A stretch of 64,000 bases of DNA from Promethearchaeota archaeon (GTDB taxonomy: Archaea; Asgardarchaeota; Lokiarchaeia; Sigyniarchaeales; SOKP01): the NCBI GenBank assembly GCA_048937405.1, contig JBHLNF010000007.1, forward strand, positions 64,001 through 128,000. The letters are read 5' to 3'. The notes under the pieces were generated by a model. That model had not been told where the DNA came from and made no database searches. It saw nothing but the letters and a program-made list of their open reading frames with translations. Both the position numbers and the translations under genes were made by a program. Shown here piece by piece: positions 9,845 through 17,877 of this stretch (positions within the stretch are counted from its first letter, which is position 1; each line of letters opens with the position of its first letter).

Positions 9845-10879
9845 ATGACCTCTAAAATAATCTATGTGGATGAAAAATCAGAAATACCATTATTTGGAGT
9901 AGATTTCATTGGTGTAATTGATAGGGGTACTAATGTTATTGAAGTGAAACCATTAACTTTATGCAACTTAAATTGTAAGTATTGTTTTGTAAGTGCTGGA
10001 GATTATAATACTGATTTTATTGTAGATCCAAACTTCTTACTTAAGAAAATAAAAGATATTATTAATATAAAAGGAAACCACAATATTGAAATTCATTTTG
10101 CTCCATATGGGGAAATATTGCTATATTCAGGATTATATGATTTATTAAAAGAACTATGGAATATCGAAGGAGTAGAAGTTATCTCCTTACAGACTAATGG
10201 ATTATTACTTAATAAAGAACTAATAAAAAAATTAGAAAAATATAATGTTACAAGAATTAACATTAGCTTAAATTCGCTAAATCAAGAAAAAGCTAAGTTT
10301 TTAAGTAACTGTGAGACATATAACGTAGAGAATCTTTTGAAAAGCATCCTATTGTTATTAAAAACACAAATAGACGTATTAATTGCCCCTGTTTGGTTTC
10401 CAGGCGAAAATGATAGTGATATTGAAGATATTATTAAATTTGTTCTTAATCTAAGAAATAAAGGATTCTCTCAAAAGAAAATTCAAATTGGAATTCAAAA
10501 ATATTTGATTTATAAAACTGGACGTAAATTAAAAAAAATAAGACCAAAAAGTTGGGATTATTTCTACAAACAATTATCCATAATGGAGAAAAAGTTTGGA
10601 ATTAAGTTAAAATTGGGTCCACAAGATTTCGGGATCCATAAACGGAAAATAGGTGCCAGATTGAATATACAGAAAAATGATCGTATCAGATTAAAAATCA
10701 TCTCTATAGGTCGATATGATAGAGAATATATTGGAAAATTAAATGATAATTTTGGTATAAAAGTACTCTTAAATAAGCCAATTCAGCAACCTAAACAACT
10801 TATCGGTAATTATATTGAAACCAAAATTATTAAAGCCAACTATAAAGACAATATTCTAACAGCATCTTTTTCAATATAA
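9845..10879 (+). CDS. Radical SAM protein (archaeal COG2100-like)
   Basis: IPLFG..FIGVIDRGTNVIEVKP, CNLNCKYC, LQTNG. Confidence 0.85.
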   Translation: MTSKIIYVDEKSEIPLFGVDFIGVIDRGTNVIEVKPLTLCNLNCKYCFVSAGDYNTDFIVDPNFLLKKIKDIINIKGNHNIEIHFAPYGEILLYSGLYDLLKELWNIEGVEVISLQTNGLLLNKELIKKLEKYNVTRINISLNSLNQEKAKFLSNCETYNVENLLKSILLLLKTQIDVLIAPVWFPGENDSDIEDIIKFVLNLRNKGFSQKKIQIGIQKYLIYKTGRKLKKIRPKSWDYFYKQLSIMEKKFGIKLKLGPQDFGIHKRKIGARLNIQKNDRIRLKIISIGRYDREYIGKLNDNFGIKVLLNKPIQQPKQLIGNYIETKIIKANYKDNILTASFSI

Positions 10880-10939
10880 AATTAAATAATAAAAATATTA
10901 TATTGATCAAAATAGGTGTCACATTTTTAATCATAAGCA

Positions 10940-11200
10940 ATGATCCCTCAAGCCCATAAAAATGTGTCTCTAAATCACCATATTGAAAATCGCGTTTCCT
11001 CTTGATTTGGATTGTGGTAAACAATTCACTCTCGATCCTGAAGAACTTAACTATTTAAAGAACCAAGAACACCGAAATGTCTTATTTTTCAACGGTCTTA
11101 TTTTTCATCGAATCAGAAATTATCAAACATTCCAGAAATTGATTACAACAAATTTTACAGTTCTGAAAATGATCAGAAAAAGATGGATAATTATTTATAA
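10940..11200 (+). pseudogene. Possible frameshifted zinc-ribbon gene
   Basis: With one +1 and one -1 shift reads MIPQ...SS(C)LDCGKQFTLDPEELNYLKN-RTPKCLI...DQKKMDNYL*, ending in a PIP-box-like tail. Confidence 0.35.
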
Positions 11201-11289
11201 CTAGAATCTCTATTATTCTTTTATTAGAATGAAAAATATTATACTATAGATTTTATTCAAATTACATTACAATGGAGATGTAGAAAATT

Positions 11290-11913
11290 ATGAGTCCGAT
11301 AATTACACATCAGGATGAATTAATCTTAGCGAAGACTGAGAAGGAATTAGTCTCCCAATTTAAAAAACTAGCTAAATTACAAAGCACTCTTATAGATTCC
11401 CAGAAAAAGTATGCAGAAAATCTAACTAGAGCAAATATTTTTAGAGATATGCTAAATCGAACTTTTAGAGATGTATTAAAACAAATGGAAACTCTTGCTC
11501 GAGAACATAGATCAAATATTAAGGATGAAGAGGTTAAGTTATATAGAGAAATAATCCAAAAAAATGACGATTTCATAAAAGATAATAATGCATACCTAAA
11601 TGCAATTAAAGATGTTACGATACAAAAAGAATACTTAGTTCAAAAAAAAATAGAATTTGCCGATGCCTTAGCTAGTGTTGCAAGTAGAAGATCAACTGTA
11701 ATTAGAAAAGCTTTGAATGTTGAAAAAGCGAAAAACAAATTAATCGATGGTGATAAATTAAACATTCTCGACCAACAACTTAATGATGTTCAAAGAGATT
11801 TTGATAGAGCACGAGATATATTATTAAAAAAAATATATCAGTTTGTTGAAGTAAGAGATGAGATTAATACCTTGTGGATCAAATTAAAAGATACTATAAC
11901 CGAATTAAGTTAG
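11290..11913 (+). CDS. All-helical coiled-coil protein, BAR-domain-like
   Basis: 207 aa of long helices; C-terminal DKLNILDQQLNDVQRDFDRARDILLKKIYQF recalls helix 3 of SNX/Vps5-type BAR domains (by eye). Confidence 0.5.
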   Translation: MSPIITHQDELILAKTEKELVSQFKKLAKLQSTLIDSQKKYAENLTRANIFRDMLNRTFRDVLKQMETLAREHRSNIKDEEVKLYREIIQKNDDFIKDNNAYLNAIKDVTIQKEYLVQKKIEFADALASVASRRSTVIRKALNVEKAKNKLIDGDKLNILDQQLNDVQRDFDRARDILLKKIYQFVEVRDEINTLWIKLKDTITELS

Positions 11914-12039
11914 AAAAAAAACTTTCCCTATCTTCTATTTTTTTTTAATAAAAAATATTAGGCTTAAACTTAAATTTATTAAATTAAAATCCATTAAATT
12001 AATAGTAAAAATAAAAAATACTTGATATAAAGAATTAAA

Positions 12040-12501
12040 ATGTGTGCCGAAGAATTTGCAAGCTTCTTAGATAGTACTCGAAAAGCGCCATTGGAAGAAA
12101 AACTGAATGCATTTGGCGATATCATTGAAAAAATTATGTCAATTGTTTTACGCATACCAGATTTAGTAGATCAGTCTCTTGGTTCTGTAAATGATAAAGT
12201 ATCAAATTTACAAAATCAAATAAATTCTTTAAATAGCCAAATAACATCTCTACAGTCTAGATCAGGGGTAACTCCAACGGCATCCGCTCCAGCGGCACGT
12301 ACCCCAGGCGGTCCTCCAGGAGGCCCTCCAGGATCTCCACCACCAACACCAGGTGGTCCACCAGGTGGTCCACCAGGCGGTTCAAGAGGACCTGGTGCTC
12401 CACCCGGTCCTAGTCGTCCTGCAAGTCCAGTTTCGCTTAGAGGTGCTATAATGGGAGAACTTAAACAGTTGTTTGCAAAGAGAAAGAGCCAATCTGGCTA
12501 A
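12040..12501 (+). CDS. Coiled-coil / Pro-Gly-rich / C-terminal basic amphipathic helix protein (NPF- or VASP-like architecture)
   Basis: Heptads VNDKVSNLQNQINSLNSQITSL; PGGPPGGPPGSPPPTPGGPPGGPPGG; tail SLRGAIMGELKQLFAKRK. Confidence 0.6.
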   Translation: MCAEEFASFLDSTRKAPLEEKLNAFGDIIEKIMSIVLRIPDLVDQSLGSVNDKVSNLQNQINSLNSQITSLQSRSGVTPTASAPAARTPGGPPGGPPGSPPPTPGGPPGGPPGGSRGPGAPPGPSRPASPVSLRGAIMGELKQLFAKRKSQSG

Positions 12502-12697
12502 TCAATATTACCAAACAACAAATTCAATTATTCTTTTTTCTAAGGATAATCAATCTTATGTATGATTACTAAATTAATTAAAAATTTGATTGCAGCTGAT
12601 TTTAATCTAAGATTTTTTGAAATAATTTAATTAAAATTAAAAATTTTCTTAACTTATCATACTAAATTCCAACTTTAAAGTTTAGTGGTTAAGGGAA

Positions 12698-14449
12698 TTG
12701 GAACCAACAAAAGAGAGATCCGTTAAAAGTGCTAATGTTAGAGTCGCCCATGACTTGCAAAGACAGATATTAGAAATGACTTCCTTTTTAAGAGTCATGA
12801 ATAATTACTATAAAAAAAAAATAGAGCTTCAAAATCGAGTAAAACCATTTATTCAAAGAATGTACAAAGGGGAATTAAAAGAAATTAATGAAAATGAATA
12901 TTGGCTTTATACGATACCACTTGCTTTAAATGTGCTGAGTAAAGCTTTTTTAAATAAAGAAGATTCGTTTAAATTTCCTGATAGCATTATTTTATTTGAA
13001 GCATGGATGCATTTAGGTATTAATGCACTGTATCCTCGAATTGCGCTTCAATTTCAATTTCCAGGATTATTTAGAGGTGAAAAAGTAAGGAATATTTTTC
13101 AATTTATTTATTCTACTTCCCGTGGATTTGGCTTTCCAATGAATTTTGGACCAGAATTCTATACTTATAAACCCAAGCTGGCTCGTATTCTGGATCCATT
13201 ATTAAGATGGAGTTACACCGTATGTCATCGAGCTAATCAAGCAATTTTATTAGGAAATAAACTTTTAAAATCTAAAAGACATCATCCAGGTGATTTTGAA
13301 TCAGTTATAATATCCGAATTTACTAATCATATATTTAAAGGAATTGATACAATCTTACATGGATATTTTAAAAATGAAGCAAAAGATTTAGATAAATTTT
13401 CTTCCTTAAACGATCTCCTTTCAAATTCTACTTTTTATTATTCTATTGGAGATCATGCAATGAGAATTGAAAGTGATAATTTAAACAAAGTTTTATCTAT
13501 TCCTTTAGTGACTCATGAATTTATAGTAAAAAAGTATGCGGTTGACTTCAAATTTTACGTTAAAACCCTCTTAGAAGTAAATAAAATGTTAATAAAGAAA
13601 ATAAACTATTACAGAGAACTGAGGAATAATCTTATCAGAAAATTAAATAAGAAAGACAAAGTTAAATTAAGGACTGAACAATCAAAGCATTTTGCGAAAA
13701 AAATTGCTAGAATGTCCCGAAAACTTTCGAAGAAATATCCAATTATTGATATTTATAGCCACAATAAAACATTATTAGAAAAAATTAGGGAACTTTTATT
13801 TACTACACCAATCTATATGCACGCAAGTCAATTTCCTGAAAATTCTCAAACAAATTCTAATAAATTATCTAAAAGTAGAGAAAAAATTGATAGAATTAAA
13901 AATAAATCAGTAGACTCAATTTTATTATTATATATTAAAAAATTTGAAAAGAATCATAATTTTAAATTTGAGGAAGAAGAAGTTTTAGATGAACTGGAGG
14001 GATTACATAATATTATCACTAAAATGTGGATAGCATTTAAAGAAAATCATTTTAGATTTGCAATGAATAAATTAAATGCATTATCAACGCTTGGTATATA
14101 TGAAAAGAATTATAAAATTAAAATTAATGAACTTTTAGATGAACTTCTTCCTATTTTAGCCATTTATGAGATGTTTAACAGACCATTATTTGAATCAGTA
14201 TATCCAGAGTCGATTCCACAAACTAAAAGACTTGGAACATATTTTGCTCGTTTTTTAGCATCAAAATATAACCTTTTTGGTACTAATTTAATGAAAATAA
14301 TCAATAGATTAGCTTTTCATAATTGGAGTTACCTCATAATTAAGAAACAAATGAATAGGAGAGAATTTTTTAACTATCTTCTGAAATTGCCAATCTGGAA
14401 ATATATTCCCTCAAAAATAAAAACACGAATAATTGAACAAAATAATTAA
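12698..14449 (+). CDS. Hypothetical helical protein
   Basis: 583-aa ORF, no recognised motif. Confidence 0.7.
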   Translation: MEPTKERSVKSANVRVAHDLQRQILEMTSFLRVMNNYYKKKIELQNRVKPFIQRMYKGELKEINENEYWLYTIPLALNVLSKAFLNKEDSFKFPDSIILFEAWMHLGINALYPRIALQFQFPGLFRGEKVRNIFQFIYSTSRGFGFPMNFGPEFYTYKPKLARILDPLLRWSYTVCHRANQAILLGNKLLKSKRHHPGDFESVIISEFTNHIFKGIDTILHGYFKNEAKDLDKFSSLNDLLSNSTFYYSIGDHAMRIESDNLNKVLSIPLVTHEFIVKKYAVDFKFYVKTLLEVNKMLIKKINYYRELRNNLIRKLNKKDKVKLRTEQSKHFAKKIARMSRKLSKKYPIIDIYSHNKTLLEKIRELLFTTPIYMHASQFPENSQTNSNKLSKSREKIDRIKNKSVDSILLLYIKKFEKNHNFKFEEEEVLDELEGLHNIITKMWIAFKENHFRFAMNKLNALSTLGIYEKNYKIKINELLDELLPILAIYEMFNRPLFESVYPESIPQTKRLGTYFARFLASKYNLFGTNLMKIINRLAFHNWSYLIIKKQMNRREFFNYLLKLPIWKYIPSKIKTRIIEQNN

Positions 14450-14466
14450 ATACACTTTAATACGTA

Positions 14467-15054
14467 TTAAAATTCCAAAAATCCAGGATCATCAAAAATA
14501 TCATCGATTTTACGCTCTTTTTTTATCTTGGTCTCACTTTCAGCAAATAAGGATTCTTCATCAGTACGAACTCCACGTTCTAATTCTTCGGTATCTAATT
14601 TTAAGATTGTATCCTTTTCTAATTTCTTGTATTCTTCGCCTTTCATTTTCCAGTTATTAACTTCATCTAAATTAACATCTTCTTCTTCTAATAATACAGC
14701 AGCTTTAGTTTTACAAAGATCCGATAAAATAGAATAAGCTAAAGCTAATTCACCCCATTCGTGATCTTCTTTTAATCTTTTTATTCTTTTCTCTAATCTT
14801 TGTAATTCTTGATCAGCATAGTAAATATCAATAAAATCTCCGAATGCATCTACAGGTTCTGAAATTGAATTAACTAATACTTCTTTAGTTAAATCGCAAT
14901 TTCCGCATTTCACCGTAGCAAAAGCACCTTTCTTCTTAATATCAGTTACCTTGACGCTCTTTTCACCACATTCTGGACAGGTAAAGATTTTTGGCACTCG
15001 CTTTACACGTTTAGGAGAAACTTGTTTACGTTTTCTTCTTCCCATTATTATCAC
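14467..15054 (-). CDS. elf1: Transcription elongation factor Elf1 with C-terminal extension
   Basis: MGRRKRK...KIFTCPECG...CGNC...EPVDAFGDFID, followed by about 110 extra helical/acidic residues. Confidence 0.85.
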   Translation of the reverse strand: MIIMGRRKRKQVSPKRVKRVPKIFTCPECGEKSVKVTDIKKKGAFATVKCGNCDLTKEVLVNSISEPVDAFGDFIDIYYADQELQRLEKRIKRLKEDHEWGELALAYSILSDLCKTKAAVLLEEEDVNLDEVNNWKMKGEEYKKLEKDTILKLDTEELERGVRTDEESLFAESETKIKKERKIDDIFDDPGFLEF

Positions 15055-15167
15055 TACTAATGTCTAAAAAAATAGATCTTTATTCCATTAGAATATAGAT
15101 AAGGAAAACTAAAATATTTTTGCTTTTATGTTAAAAACTTCGAAGGAATTAGTAAAATTTTTTAGGA

Positions 15168-16343
15168 ATGTTTTATTATTTTACTTACTCTTTTTTACTG
15201 AAATGTTTTAGCAGTTTTAATTATAAGGAGTGGATTTTAGGCTTGGAACACAAAAATTTAACATTAGAATTTGATAAAAACTTAATTGATAACATTCTTG
15301 ATAATTTAGACATGAGATATATCATTCTATTTTTGTATATCATTAGAAATGATTTATTTAAAGATTTAACTGACGAGAGTATCAAAGAGTCTTATGAGAG
15401 AGTGTTGATATTAGATGAAATATTTAAAAACAATGTTGTAAATTTTTGGGATAAAGAATTTATTGAAAATTATATTGATTTAGGTTTAATTAAAAACATT
15501 CGAAGTATGAGAGAGTTTCAACAAAAGGATAATGATTTTCTTCTAAAATTAGGAGAAGAAACCATAACTATAGAAAATGATACAATTTCAGTACCAGATG
15601 ACACACTTTTTTTAATAATAAATAAAAAATTTAAATCCTTAACAAGAAGGAATTTTAATTTAGCACTCACTAGATTAAAAGGTGTTCGATGTGAGAAAAG
15701 TAGTATAATTCATCCATTAATTTTCGAAATTGGTGAGCATGATTATACATTATCTAATGATTTATACAACATATTAGATCAATATGGAAATATTTATCAA
15801 ACAATTAAAATTGAAGTCACAATTGAAGGATTTTATCAAAGGTTTAATGAGATCCAAGAGAAAATTAATAAATTCATTAAAATTTATGACCCTATATTAA
15901 ATACGATACCATTAAAGAAAAAGATTGCGAAGGCGATGGAAGAAAATAAAGATATTATTCAATACCTTAAGGATGAGAAATTAGAACTCCCAGAAAAGTT
16001 TAATTTTGAGAAATTAGATAAGGATAATAAGATATTTCAAACATGGAATTCTCAATTAATATCATTACTGACAATTAGAAACAAAATTGAACAATTAGAA
16101 AAGGAAATAATAGAATTGAAAAATATTTATTCAGGTACAAGCAAAAAATATAGATATTTAGAGTTCATTGAAAAAGTATCTTTTAATGAAGATGAAATTG
16201 TTGATAATATTCAAAATTCATTGATAGAACATCGAAAAGAATTAGTAGCAATAAATGAAGAAATTTCTGAAATAACTGAAAAGGAAATAAAGTTATTAAA
16301 TTTAGATTATGAAAGATTTCTAGTAATGAGTAGTGAGGAATAA
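15168..16343 (+). CDS. Hypothetical protein, winged-helix-like middle plus C-terminal coiled coil (start probably TTG near 15243)
   Basis: LTRRNFNLALTRLKG...YTLS; stop lies 2 nt before the relic ATG at 16346. Confidence 0.7.
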   Translation: MFYYFTYSFLLKCFSSFNYKEWILGLEHKNLTLEFDKNLIDNILDNLDMRYIILFLYIIRNDLFKDLTDESIKESYERVLILDEIFKNNVVNFWDKEFIENYIDLGLIKNIRSMREFQQKDNDFLLKLGEETITIENDTISVPDDTLFLIINKKFKSLTRRNFNLALTRLKGVRCEKSSIIHPLIFEIGEHDYTLSNDLYNILDQYGNIYQTIKIEVTIEGFYQRFNEIQEKINKFIKIYDPILNTIPLKKKIAKAMEENKDIIQYLKDEKLELPEKFNFEKLDKDNKIFQTWNSQLISLLTIRNKIEQLEKEIIELKNIYSGTSKKYRYLEFIEKVSFNEDEIVDNIQNSLIEHRKELVAINEEISEITEKEIKLLNLDYERFLVMSSEE

Positions 16344-16345
16344 AA

Positions 16346-16540
16346 ATGAAATGCCCCGCATGTGATATACAAATGCAACTTTTAGTAGAAGGTATTTTCC
16401 AGTGCCCCCAATGCAAAAAAATAATTAAGCAAAAGGATTAGAAGGCAGAAGCAAAGGAGAAAAAAGCAACTGAAGAGGGTGTTTTTCAAGATGACGAATA
16501 TTTTCATAAAAAAGCGAGTTTGAATAATAAATATAAAATT
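16346..16540 (+). pseudogene. Relic 5' end (65 codons) of the zinc-ribbon gene at 21343
   Basis: Gap-free alignment to 21343-21537 with 26 mismatches in 195 nt by hand count; in-frame TAG at 16439-16441. Confidence 0.95.
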
Positions 16541-16643
16541 AAAATCTCTCGACCAGCCCTTAAACCTTCAGAAGTTCGTTCGAAAAACAGATTATTTTAA
16601 AGCTTTTAATCAATTTTTTTTCTATAAAAAATAGTTATTATCA

Positions 16644-17789
16644 TCAATTAATCAAAAATTGGAAATTCTTTTTATTATATCCATTTATCACAGTACCAGG
16701 AGATATATTTTCAAATGGCAAGATATTAGTATTTTCTCCAATAATACTATTAACTATTATAGCATGATCCCCAATTACTGCCCCATCTAAAACTATTGAA
16801 TTCATTATTTTAACTTCTTTACCTATGAAAACATCATTTCCTATAATTGAACTACTAATAATGCAATAATCACATAATTTAGAATTATTTCCAATTAAAA
16901 TTGGAATATTCATTTTAATAGATGATCCTAAATTTAAATCCTTTCCAATCCATAGTTGATCTCTTATTAATGAATAATGAATATCAAAATCAATCTTCTT
17001 TTTTATAATATCCATTTGAATATTGTAATAATTTGATATTGTTCCAATATCGTATCGATATCCATTTTCAATATTGAAACCATAACATGGAATATTTCTA
17101 TTTAATATTTGAGGAAATACGTCTAGAGCAAAATCAATCCCATCCATATCTGAAATAAAATCTGTTATCCTTTTGTCAAGGAGATATACAGCAGCATTAG
17201 CCACAGGACTTTTAAATAATTTTATATTTGATAATAATGGTTTTTCTTCTATTCTAATCACCTGATTGCTCTCTGCTATATCCAATACACCATAATTTGT
17301 TCTTGGTCCTTGATTAGGTAATTTCATGTTTTTATCATGGTATTCATATTGAAAGTGTTCAAAATTTGGTTGATGATACAAAATTGTACAAAAAGATTTT
17401 TTTTCTTTATGAAATTCAATCATTTTGTTATAATCTACTTTTAATAGACTATCACCGTATATAACTATGAAAGGATCACTAATAGTATTTTCTATACTTG
17501 TTATAATTGATTTTACAATACTTGCGGTTCCAAACACTCCTATGTTAGTAAAATATTCCATTTTGATATCAATTTCTTTTTTGTTAGAAAAATAATTTTT
17601 GACTTCTCCATTAAATCCCTCTGAAGTACAGATAAAATTAGAAAATCCATTAGACTTTAATTCACGTATTAAATAAAATAAAAGTGGTTTTCCTAAGAAA
17701 GAAATCATACATTTATTTTTATTTAATGATAGAGGATTCATTCTTAATGCAGGTCCTCCTATTAGAATAATTATGGATATGTCTTTCAT
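16644..17789 (-). CDS. NDP-sugar pyrophosphorylase-family nucleotidyltransferase with left-handed beta-helix
   Basis: IILIGGPALRMNPLS (variant of GGxGTRL), VIYGD, EEKP, YDIGT, C-terminal hexapeptide repeats. Confidence 0.85.
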   Translation of the reverse strand: MKDISIIILIGGPALRMNPLSLNKNKCMISFLGKPLLFYLIRELKSNGFSNFICTSEGFNGEVKNYFSNKKEIDIKMEYFTNIGVFGTASIVKSIITSIENTISDPFIVIYGDSLLKVDYNKMIEFHKEKKSFCTILYHQPNFEHFQYEYHDKNMKLPNQGPRTNYGVLDIAESNQVIRIEEKPLLSNIKLFKSPVANAAVYLLDKRITDFISDMDGIDFALDVFPQILNRNIPCYGFNIENGYRYDIGTISNYYNIQMDIIKKKIDFDIHYSLIRDQLWIGKDLNLGSSIKMNIPILIGNNSKLCDYCIISSSIIGNDVFIGKEVKIMNSIVLDGAVIGDHAIIVNSIIGENTNILPFENISPGTVINGYNKKNFQFLIN

Positions 17790-17877
17790 AAGAATATAGC
17801 TATTTATCTCGTATAAATTAAATCTATTTTTTTATTTAAATTTGTAATTATTATGGAATTTCACTCCTTTTTTATAT

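Noticed and set aside
12290-12420. GC-rich CCAGGTGGT-type repeats as CRISPR or DNA repeat
   Set aside because: They encode Pro-Gly repeats; no repeat-spacer array or cas gene is seen in the window
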